The position numbers were made by a program, and so were the translations under genes. Positions 1 through 12,167 of a stretch of DNA of 64,000 nucleotides are shown here, in pieces. This stretch comes from the human T2T-CHM13v2.0 reference genome, Homo sapiens. The notes beneath the pieces are model-generated. The model saw only the letters and a program-made list of their open reading frames with translations. It ran no database searches and was not told the DNA's origin. Where the stretch lies: NCBI RefSeq assembly GCF_009914755.1, contig NC_060930.1; one strand, written 5' to 3'. Each line of letters starts with the position of its first letter. The first letter of the stretch is position 1.

Positions 1-1827
1 AGAGCCTTGAGGTCTAAGCAAAATTGTACTTGTGGTAACATCTCAGTTGGCAGTATGTATTTGGAAGGCTGTAAACCTGAGTTTTTTCTATTCATTGTAG
101 ACTATAAGATTTTTTAAGTTGCTTTCCCCCTTTTATTTGTATCTTTTGTCTTCAGAAGATTTATTATATCTAATATTCTTAGATATGATTATGTCCCAGA
201 GAAAATTGAAGGTTCCTAAAATGGTTCTAGATCTTGAGCAATGAATTCATATATCATGTTAACATTGTTTTACAGCAAATGAACACAATGGAACCAGGAT
301 TTGTATACAGTTTGTCTGTCTCCTGAACCTGTCCTCTATCACATTTGGTCAGATTGGAGTTACTTTCAAGAGGAACAGGATTTGAATAGTAAGTCAAGTG
401 CTTGGTCTCCTGTACTAGAAGCAACAGTAGCTCTCAGAAGTGTGAATTTTATTTTTTCAATGTAGGTAGCTTATGAGGCAGACAGGAGAATCCAAAATGA
501 GCAAGTACTCTTTGGCATGTTGAGGTTGTAACTACTAGTCTTTTATGTAGATTTTGTTTTTATTAGTATGAAAAATACTTAGTGCAGTCTGAAAACTGTG
601 AGGTTGATGGGTGTTATTAATAGCAAATCAAAGTAATTTTCTTATGTGCATTACCAATAAAAACAGGGAAATATTTGTGTATCTTTCATGTTTTGTACTT
701 AGTAATTTTTCAAAATTCTCTACCCACTTAACTGTTTTTCCAAAATAAAAGACTCCCCCCCGATTGAAAAATATTCATTGTTCTTTTAAAAAAAGAAAAG
801 TTTTTTTGAACAGTTACATGAAGAGGTCATGTTCATCAGAAATCCTACGTGTGGTAGGCATAAATGCCTGGAGAAGTCTGTGAAGGTGTGCTCCTACACT
901 CAATGAAGAAGTATACCTGTTGTTGCTGCTCTTGGTCTGTCTCCCTTCCCACCTCCCATGGATCAACTGAAAGTATAATGTTGAGACAGGTATACAAAGA
1001 ACTAGGCTGTAAATTTCTTATATCCAAGAGACCAAAGTGATTCCAGTAGGAGCAAAGAGGCATTACAAGGAGATCAAGAATTTGGTGAAAGAAAGGAAAG
1101 GGAGAATTATACTGTGGAGAGTAAAAGGGAGTGTGAAAACAAGGTACACTTCTCTTTCAGTCCTTTCCTGAAGGAGGTAAGTTTCATATAAAGTAGATTC
1201 TTATTTCCTGTGGACACAGTGCACCATAATGAATGAATTGATATGCTAGCTTGAAGAGGCTGCCCAGTAGAAGAAAAAGATAGCATCTGGTATGTGGTGA
1301 TTTGGTATGGGACATGGAAGTAACTATGTTGTCAGCTGTGCCAGGAAGCTGCTTGGAGTACGTTGAGTGATACCTGCAGATTAGTTGTTTGTCCCCAACC
1401 AGAGAAAGTACTAGATACTGCTTGTGCCAGTGGCCCTGCCCTGGATTTCATTATTTTTGAAAGTGACAAGGTTTAGTTTTCTACCCAGAGTTACATGGGA
1501 GTTCAGAGTCAAGAAAATTGGGTTCACTAGTAAAAATCAAGTCGTCGTCTTTACCTACATTTGTTTTTTGGTTCATACCTGTAAATATATATTTGTGTCA
1601 TATTGTTGGCTAAGAAGCTTCTGGGTAGCATGTATGTTTAATAGAAACATGTTTTATATATGTGGTGTTGTAAAATTGGTTTGTTTTATTCAATAGTGTG
1701 ATTCAGATATCATTTCTAATACAGATATATCATTCTTTAATGACTACAGTATTTTATCAGATGCATGTACTGTAGTTTATTTAAATAGTTCACAACTAAT
1801 GGCTGTTTGAGCTTCTAATTTACTACT

Positions 1828-2122
1828 TCTTTTGGGGGATGAGACAGAGTCTCTTTCTGTCACCCATGCTGGAGCGCAGTGCTGTGATCTTGGCTCACTG
1901 CAACCTCCGCCTCCTGGGTTCAAGTGATTCTCATACCTCATCCTCCCAAGGAGCTGGGGTTACAGGAGTGTGCCACTACGCCTGGCTAATTTTTGTATTT
2001 TTAGTAGAGAGGTGGTTTTGTCATGTTCGCCAGGCTTGTCTTGAACTCCTGACCTCAAGTGATCTGCCAGCCTCAGCCTCCCAAAGTGCTGGGATTATAG
2101 GCATGAACCACTGCATCCAGCC
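1828..2122 (-). mobile_element. Alu (S-type)
   Basis: Dimeric Alu consensus, antisense. Confidence 0.93.
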
Positions 2123-2875
2123 AGTTCATTTATTATATATGGAACTTATATATTTGGTTGGGTTTATTTCTGGATTAGAGTGTTATACAACTGTCTCATG
2201 CTTTGCTGTTTTTACCAGTTGTAAATAGTAGTTTATTAAGTATTTTAGTGCCTACTTGGTGCTACTGTTTTAGGCAGTGGAAATACAATAAAACATAATC
2301 CCTTCTGTCCTGGAACATAACATTTTAGTGATGTACCTACTGATTTTTTAGTCACAAAAAGGGTCACAAGTTTAGAGGTAAGTCTCTTGATGGCAGAGGC
2401 AAAGGATGTCTCACCTATCTTTTTTTGTGCCGGAATAGGGAATCTAGGAGAGATCACAGAGATTTTTTTGGATCTTTTGCCCATTTAAAAAATCAGGCTG
2501 TTTGCTTTTTTATTGTTGACTTTTAATATTTCTTTGTATATCTCAAATGACAGTCTTAGGCATCTTTTGCAAATATTTTCTCCCATTATGTGGCTTATCT
2601 TCTCACTCTCTTGATACGTTTGCTTTCTTAGTGCATGGCAACATCTGAGCAGTTGCCCAAGTCAGGAACTTGGGCATCATCTTTGACTCTTTCTTCTTAG
2701 GTTGTATCTACTGAATTATCTAGATTCTGCCTCTTGAATATTTTCTGACTCTTTCAGCGTTTCTCCCCTTTGTCACGATTATAACTTAGGGCACATTCTG
2801 CTCTCACCTGGTATATTTAACTCTAGTACTGCCCCCCCCCCCCAACTTATTGCACTATGGCAGCATCTCATCTTC

Positions 2876-3455
2876 TGTTAGGTCCTCACATGAATTCATT
2901 TTGTTCAGTGTCGTTTTGTTGTAATGTTGATGAAAAAAAATTGGTTCCTAGCTGGGGCCACTGTCTGTGGAGTTTGCATATTCTCATGTTTGCACGGGTT
3001 TTCTCTGGGTACTCCAGTTTCCTCCCACATCCCCAAGATGCGTACTTGAGGTTCATTGGTGTATCTACATCATTCCCAGTCTGAGTGTGCCTTGCGATGG
3101 AATGGTGTCCTGTCCAGGGATGGTTCCTACCTGGCACCCTGAACTGGTGGGGATAGGCTCTGGCCACTGGAAACCCTGAACTGGAATAGGTGCATAAATA
3201 GTTATCTTACTGGTTTTTATTAATTTTACTAAATGTATGTATAGCTCACATTTATTTCAGTGTTTATTATTAGAAGTGTTTTGATCTTTATTTATAAGTT
3301 TGGTGATGTTTTTGTGACCCAGAGGTATGCCACAGGAATTTAACTCTTGTTTATGTCAACTAGCCTATGCTAAAATCGGTTTCCTTGTACATTGTTTTGC
3401 TTAAAGTCACAATTTCCAAGAAGTTATCAAAGACTTTAAGTGGGAATTTACTGTA
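2876..3455 (+). mobile_element. MER6A-like TcMar-Tigger non-autonomous DNA transposon
   Basis: ggggccactgtctgtggagtttgca...ctccagtttcctcccacatccc core; ends ...ttactgta. Confidence 0.8.
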
Positions 3456-4622
3456 TTTCAGATTGCCTACCCAGACTCAGAGAGCTTTATATCAGCCGTC
3501 TGCTCGCCTTGCTATTCTTGAATTTTACCACCCTTATCATCTTTCCCTTCCTTCCATGCTCCAGGCAAATTTAGTGTTGTCTTCATTCCTCAGAAGCTCT
3601 GTGCTTCCCATTGCCTTCCGGCCTGCTCATATGCTATGCTTTCCTGTTAAGACACTCTTCCTATTGCCTTCTCTGTACCTTGCTAACTCTCATTTATTCT
3701 TTCTGTCTCAGTAGAGATGTCACTTTCTCTGAGAAGTCATCCCGATTTGCCTTAACACCACTGAATTTATGTTAGCTACACTTCCTGTGTTAGGCATTTG
3801 GTGTTTTCTATTTATAGCATTTATCATGAACATTTTTTAAAATGACCTTTATTGAAGTATAATTTATGTACAATAAATGGCATCCATTTAAAATGTAAAA
3901 TTCAGTAAGTTTTTAAACAATTGTATACAACCGTGAAACCTCTGGCACAATGAAGATGCAGAGGCTCTATGTGTTTATCAAGAACTCTTGTGCCACTTTA
4001 CTGTCCATCTCTCTTTCTGTGATCCTACCCCGACAAAACCATTTATCTGCTTTTTAATCTATACATTAGTTTGTATTTTCTAAGATTTTTAATGTACCAT
4101 ATATATTTTGTGTCTGGCTTCTTTCAATCAGAATTAGAAATTGATGGATTTTTTTGTGTATCAATAACTTCTTCATTTTTATTGCTGAGTAGTATTCCAT
4201 TGTTTATTCATTTACTTGATGGATGTTTGGATTGTTTTGAGTTTTTGGATATTTATTACACTGAATTTTAACTGCCTGGTTATTTTCTGTATTCTTTTGT
4301 AAAATGTACAGTACTGTGAGAACAAAAGACAGTCTCTCTTGTTAACATTTGTATGCCTAGCTGCTGCCTGGTACTAGCAGGTGCTCAATAAGTGTTTATG
4401 AAAATGCTAAAGAGCAGAAAGGTGATACTATGTCAAGTAGTACAAATATAAATTTACTTTAGTGTCTGTTGAACCAGGATTTTCATTAAGGAATAGTATT
4501 CATTCAGTGTCTTATTTAGGTTGACACTTGTGGACATATATTGCCAGAACTTATTTACAAGGTAATAGCTTTTTTACCTTTTTAACATATAACTGAACGT
4601 TATTTTAAAATTTATGGGTTTT

Positions 4623-4741
4623 GGCTGGGCAAAACTAGTACCAGCACCCTGGGAGGCCAAGAAGGGAGGATCACTTGAGCCCAGGAGTTGAAGACCAGCC
4701 TGGACAACATAGCAAGATGCTATCTCTACCCAAAAAAAAAA
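4623..4741 (+). mobile_element. Alu monomer (FLAM-like)
   Basis: Left-arm motifs plus A tail. Confidence 0.8.
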
Positions 4742-4825
4742 TGTGTTTTTTGATATCATACTAAGATAATCAGCTTTTAAGAGTAAAAAATTTCTTTAAG
4801 AATTCTCATTTTCAATTGCTATGCC

Positions 4826-5315
4826 AGAGATTCCGAAACTTTCTTGGTTTACACAACACCATTATTGTCTCAGTCCTTATTTCATGATGCTCCTACACCA
4901 AAAGAAAGACCTAAGAGTTGTTCTTACTGTTGGATTCGAGTAACTTAATAAATGTTTATATTTTAACAATTTAACCATTTAAAAAATAATACACAGAAAC
5001 TGAAAGAAAAAACATTTATTCTTAATCAGAATTATTACTAATGAAATGTGTACACCTTTTGGGCACTGCACTGTTGCGGGAAACCGAGGACTGGAGAGAC
5101 GATATGAGGGGAAACAGGAGGATTGTTTATTTAAGGTATGTACTGGCTCAGCTTTTTGGATATGAATCCACTGAGCCAGTGCATACCTTAAATAAACAAT
5201 CCTCCTGTTCTCCATATTGGTCTCTCTGGTCCTCAGTTTCCTGCAACAGCACAACTCTCAAATTTTGGAAATGATAGGTTACCAGTACTCTTCTTTTCCT
5301 GTTCCACATTGATTT
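4826..5315 (+). mobile_element. MER119-like hAT-Charlie element, split by the palindromic LTR insert
   Basis: Matches recalled consensus on both sides of the insert (...gggcactgcac | aactctcaaa...cctgttccacattgatttt). Confidence 0.65.
5072..5248. mobile_element. Palindromic element: two inverted copies of an ERV LTR 3' end (LTR32/ERVL-like)
   Basis: Arms of about 80 bp (5072-5151 / 5171-5248), TG...CA ends, AATAAA/TTTATT in the arms, GCAC direct repeat on both flanks. Confidence 0.8.
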
Positions 5316-5399
5316 TTAAAAAACTATAGCTAGTAATAATTATAGTACATAATAGTTATTTTGCACTGTATTAAAAAACTAGCACATTATCAGTTCTCA

Positions 5400-5725
<326 letters not shown>

Positions 5726-5739
5726 AAGAATCCTTTTCA

Positions 5740-6159
<420 letters not shown>

Positions 6160-6600
6160 TTAAGATTCCATCTTTCCTCATTTTTTTCTGTTTTAAATGA
6201 AGTTTGTCTGTTTATGGATTTCCTATTTTGTTTCATTTATCAGTACTGTCTTTATGCCAGTAGCACATTGTCTAATTCTATCGTTATAGTTTTCCTTTGT
6301 ATTTTCGTTAACAAAAACTCCCTCCGCTTTCTTTTCCTTGAAGTATTTTCACTGTTCTTAGCCTTTTGTTCTGTATAAATTTAGAAACAGCTTATTAAAT
6401 TGCTACTCCAAATTTTTTGTGTATTTGAATTGCATTGATATATTACATCAATTTTAAGGGAGAACTGATATATTTTTATGATACTGAGTTTTCAGTTACT
6501 AAATATGGCATAACTTTGTTTTTGTCTTCATGTCTTCCAGTAAAATTTTATACTTTTCCATGATGGTTCACATGTCTTATTTTATAGCCATAACTTAGAT

Positions 6601-6922
6601 CAGGGGCTATCAAACTACCAGCCCACAGGACAAGTCTGAATACCACCTGTTTTTGTAAGACCCATGAGCTAAGAATGCTGAGAATTTTATAAATGGTTGG
6701 AAAAAATCAAAAGGATAATATGACATATAAAATTATTTGAAATTAGAATTTTAGTGTCTATAAATAAAGTTTTATTGGAACATAGTTATATTCATTCATT
6801 TAAATATCTGACTGCATTTATACCACACATAGGAGTGTTGATGGTTGCAACAGAAAGTGTATGGTCTGCAAATTGTAAAATATTTACTATCTGGCACTTT
6901 ATAGAAAGTTTGTTTACCCCTG
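6601..6922 (+). mobile_element. MER58B-like hAT-Charlie element
   Basis: cagggg...aaact / agttt...cccctg termini; internal aataaagttttattggaaca. Confidence 0.85.
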
Positions 6923-7230
6923 ACTTTGAATTATTGTTTGTCTTTGTATCTCAGTGTTTCTTTGTAGTTGGGGTGAGTGGTCGGGGTGGGGTTTGAGCCT
7001 CTCTTTCCTTTATCTTCATCTCCAGTTCTGATAAAACTTAAACTCATGAGTCACTGTTACCAAAATGTGTTTTATTCTTCAGATATGTTTGAGCAGAGCA
7101 AAGGTTGGAAACTATTGATATTATGATTTATATAGTAATTACTGTAGCTATTTTTTGGTATTTTACATTTGAGGATTTAATATAAAAAATATAACTTAAC
7201 TTGCCTCTTTATTTATTTTCCCTTTTGTAG

Positions 7231-7384
7231 GAAATTAAAAGAGAGACGGAATTCAAGGATGACAGTTTGCCCATCAAACGGGAAAGGCATGGGAATGTAG
7301 CAAGTCTTGTACAACGAATAAGCACCTATGGACTTCCAGCTGGAGGAATTCAGCCACATCCACAAACCAAAAACATTAAGAAGA
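7231..7384 (+). CDS. CD2AP: CD2AP coding exon 3 (154 nt; [11 protein letters not shown]...QTKNIKK), SH3A-SH3B linker
   Basis: Polypyrimidine tract + ttgtag acceptor, a|gtatgt donor; translation matches recalled human CD2AP aa 56-106; phase 0 to 1. Confidence 0.97.
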
Positions 7385-8053
7385 GTATGTAAATAATTCC
7401 TTTCCTGCATAATTACATCAAAATAGAAGGATATTTTATAACTGTGTCTAAATTAAGAAAAATTAGTTCAGTCTTTTGTAGACAACTACAGTAACTTCCT
7501 GCAAAGTCTCATGTTACTAGTTATTGCCCTGTGTAGTCAATCTTAATTTTTAGTCATGTGCAATCAATAACAAATCAATATCATTATAAATTAAAGCATG
7601 AGGCTCTGTTTTCTTATTTATCTTTCAGACTCTGCTGAATGATTACCATTTTACCTTAACTATATTTTAATACCATTTATTTAGTGGGATTCTGAAATAT
7701 CTGCTGATTCTTAGCATAGATACAAGAATTTTGATAGTGCTTTTTCTTCAGTTGTTAAACATCTGAACATAAACATTTCCAAGGTGGTTGGCCTTGCAAA
7801 TTACCTTGTAAGGATTTGGTACTGTGTAAATATGTTAGGGGAACAACTTGGCAAAGAAGGAGAGCATTACATTTGAAATCAGATAAGGGTTTGAGTCTGT
7901 CTTATGACCTCAGAAAGATCATTTAAACTCTTGAGTTTTATTTGCTGCTAGTGAGAAAGTGGTTAAGAAAAAAAGCAAAACAAAACAAAAAACACCAGGT
8001 AATATTGCTGTTCTCAAAGAGCTTACATTCTTGGAAAAGAAATTGTTATTTAA

Positions 8054-8309
8054 GGCCAAGTGCAGTGGCTCACTCCTGTAATCCCAGCACTTTGGGAGGC
8101 CTAGGTAGGTGGATCACCTGAGGTCAGGAGTTCGAGACCAGCCTGACCAACATAGTAAAACCCCATCTCTACTAAATATACAAATTAGCCGGGCGTGGAG
8201 GAACTTGCCTGTAATTCCAGCTACTTGGGAGACTGAGGCAGGAGAATCACTTGAACTCGGGAGGTGAGCCGAGATCTGCCATTGCACTCCAGTCTCTGCT
8301 CCAAAAAAC
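8054..8309 (+). mobile_element. AluS with TSD
   Basis: TSD aaaagaaa(t/c)tgttatttaa. Confidence 0.93.
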
Positions 8310-8432
8310 AAAAGAAACTGTTATTTAAAAAGTGTAAAATATTAAACGTGTACAAAGAATTACGGTGTTATGGGAGCACATAGCAAATGTTTTAACACAG
8401 TAAAACCAGAAGACCCTTCAGAGATTGAATAC

Positions 8433-8719
8433 TTTTTTTTTTTTTTGAGATAGACTCTCACTCTGTTGTCCTGGCTGCAGTGGTGCAGTCACAGCTCACT
8501 GCGGCCTTGACCTCCCAGGCTCAAGCAGTTTTCCCATTTCAGGCTGTAGCTGTGACTACAGGTGTGTGCCACCACGTCTGCTAATTTTTGTATTTTTCTT
8601 TGAAGAGATGGGGTTTTGCCATGTTGCCTGAGCTGTTCTTGAACTCCCGGGCTCAAGTGATTTGCCCCCATTGGCTTCCCAAAGTGCTGGAATTACAGAC
8701 GTGAGCCACCATGCTAGCC
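8433..8719 (-). mobile_element. AluJ with TSD
   Basis: TSD agagattg(a/c)atact. Confidence 0.92.
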
Positions 8720-8759
8720 TAGAGATTGCATACTTATTACTATGGTCAATTTGATTTAA

Positions 8760-8889
8760 CCCATCTATGCCTAGTGTCCCATTATTGGAATGCTAAGAAT
8801 GTAGGAGTTATTACTATCCTGCTGTTCAAGGTCATTGCCAAGGTCTGATTGCAAAAATTCAAAAAACTGCAACCTCTGGCATAAATGGG
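8760..8889 (+). mobile_element. MER85 piggyBac (PGBD3-derived) MITE
   Basis: TTAA on both sides (8756-8759, 8890-8893); TIRs cccatctatgcc / ggcataaatggg; internal imperfect palindrome gtcccattattggaat. Confidence 0.92.
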
Positions 8890-11419
8890 TTAATAGTTAA
8901 TGAATATTTAATCACATTTACTTTAATGTCTTTGAAATTATGGTGTATAAATCCCTGTAGTACAAAATATTCTACAATAAAGAAATTTTGTTTACATACA
9001 TTTCCCAAATTGTAATTGTAAGGCTATTAATAATTTTTATAGAGTCCCCTTATGTCTCAGTCTATTACTTTCATAAGCTGTTGTCTGTCAAGTTTGGGGA
9101 AACCTCTACTTTTGGATTACATCATCCTTTGATTATTTTCATAAAATAAAAACAGGTTGTCATAAAAATGAAACAGATTTTATGACACTTAGACCAATTC
9201 TAGGGTTCTATTTGTTCTTTGTTTCTCAAGGAAATACAATATCCAGGGAATATTTGCATATTATATATACTGCTTTCTAGCATTATTGCCTGAAGGTGGA
9301 TGGTTTCAGCAGTTCTGATGATGATGAATTCTGAAACTGCTTGGAGACTGGGGGACAAATAACAGTTTTATATCATACAGCTGAACCTCTATATAGAATG
9401 TCTGTGCTGAGGGAGAATTTTTAGGCCTACGGGAGGTTTTTTCATGACCTCTGTCCATAGTAAAATCCATTTACAACTTTCTTTCACTCTAGGGAGCTAT
9501 AAAGGGATAAGTTTCTTCTTAAGTAGAAGTTAGACAAAGAGGTTGAAGGTTCTGAATATTTTTTCACTTTCTCTTCTAATAGGAAAGGATACAGTAGATT
9601 TTGCCTTTCGTAAGAACACTGGATGTAAATTCTTTTCTCTTGTAAGAAGGAAAAATCATTATGCAGTTGGTGCCAGGAAGCTTAGGCCTTTTTTTCCTAA
9701 GGATCTTCCATAACTTGTTTTTAAAGTACATGTGCTGCAAGGACTATATTGGTTATTTAGTGTCAGCTAACATTTAAAACAGGATGCAAATTGTTTTTGC
9801 TTTTCTGTTTTCCTGTCATTTATGTATTATTTTATGTTTATTAAACTTGATTTTTTTTTTTTTGTTACTGTTTGGATCATATCTCTAATTCCCAAAATAG
9901 ATCACTTATTTAAAAGTGGCTCATTGTATTGTTACATAGTAGCAGGATACAACTAACCAGTACTATTAATATTAATTTAAAAAAACCCAAAACCATTGTA
10001 TTAACATAAGGTTAATAGTGTAAACACTGCAGTGTATATGTTCAGTTTAAATCCCTGTGTGCCAAGACAAAATGAATCTGTGTATGTGTTGAATTTTGTC
10101 TAAGCAACTACAAAGGAGAGGTTCAAATAAGTATAATGATGTTGAGTATCCAAAAACTGGATTGGACTAGTGAGCTATTCTTCTCTAGTCTCCAGTATAT
10201 TGGCTTTTTTGGGATAGTAATGAAGCCGTGAAAACTTTTGCTATGATCCATTGCTAAGCATGGTAGCTCATTTGGTAAAACAAGGAAGTATTAATTTTTT
10301 TTAGAGCAAACATGGAATAGTGTTTCTCAGGAAAAAGTTGATTACTGTAAGTTGCTAAAGTCAGAGAAGAGAACAAATGTGCATTTCTCAAAGCAAAAAC
10401 AGGTTGCAAGTCACATTACTTCTGACACCCTTGTAAAATCAGCCACAAAGATAATGGTAAAATATTGTGTTTAGAGAGTAAATAAATTGACGTGTTTCAG
10501 CATCAGAATATTAGCAGTCAGCGTGGAATATTGGTAGATGTTTCACTTTACATTTGGAAGAAACTGATACCAGATGAAATCTCTTGGCACACGTGAGGCA
10601 ATACATAGTGTTTGCTAATTGTATTTTCCTTAGTAGTGGAAACTCACGCTACAGCAGAAGTGATTTTTCATGTAGTTAATTATTTTGAGTGTAAAAGATA
10701 CATTGAGATTGATACTGATAGATCACTAGTGTTTATACTGCAAGGGATGATGTTGCACATGAAAAGCTAGTTGAAACAATGCCAGTCTACACATTACTTC
10801 ACTCCCATAAAACCTTTGGGTAGCAAATAGTATGCTTTCTTATTTTGAGTCAGTGCTGAAGAAAATAGTAACATTCTGAATGCTGTCAGATTATGTCCAC
10901 TGACTATGCATCTTTGCAGCATACCTTTTGAAAAAATGAGTGTGTTGGTTCATGGTGGCTCTTTGACATTGAAGTATTCTGACTGGTAAGGAGAAAAAGA
11001 CTCACTCAAATGACTAGATCATCTTGGGGTTAGAACACCCTACCCTCTTGAACAGGGTAGGGTGTTCTAACTTTCTATTTTATTTGGAAAATTTTAAAAT
11101 ATCTAGAAAAGTTGAAGGAATAATTGTGCAGTGAACATAGTATACCCTTCACCTACATATGCTGTTAACATTTTCTCACATTGGCTTTATCTTAATATAC
11201 ATATACTTTTTTAATGGAATCAGTTGAAAGTATGCTACAGACATAATACATTACCTCTGATCACATTATCTTTTTCTTCATGATAGTGATAATGAAGATT
11301 TTCTAAAATATTGAGTGTCTTAAGTAGAACATCTCAGCAAAGTAGGCAGTATCTTGAACAGTTTGAGCCTTTCACTTAATGGCCTAAGCATTACGATTTT
11401 TTTATTGCTAAGGATGAGA

Positions 11420-11673
11420 ATTTTTTTTTTTTTTGGATACAGAGTCTCAGGCTGGAGTTCATTGGCACAATCTCAGCTCACTGCAGCCTCAGCCTCCCCA
11501 GTAGCTGGAATTACAGGAACACGCCACTGCACCTGGCTAATTTTTTCTATTTTTAGTAGTGATGGGGTTTCACCATGTTGGCAAGGCTGGTCTCAAACTC
11601 CTGGCCTCAAGTGATCTGCCCGCCTCAGCCTCCCAAAATGCTGGGATTACAGACCCAAGCCACTGCTCCGGGC
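11420..11673 (-). mobile_element. Alu (internally deleted)
   Basis: Antisense Alu motifs. Confidence 0.9.
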
Positions 11674-11852
11674 AAGAAAATTTTTTAAAAAGATACGACT
11701 GTATGAATGGCTGATTGATACATATGTCATGTATTCATGTAATGAATATTTCATTACATGAAAATGATGTATTCATTCATCATTCATGTAAAATGGCCGA
11801 ATCAGTGTTTCTCATAACATGTGATTATTTGCTTATTGAAGAAATAAATTGA

Positions 11853-12167
<315 letters not shown>

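Noticed and set aside
4979-5274. Two overlapping opposite-strand ORFs with similar peptides
   Set aside because: A consequence of the DNA palindrome; no coding evidence
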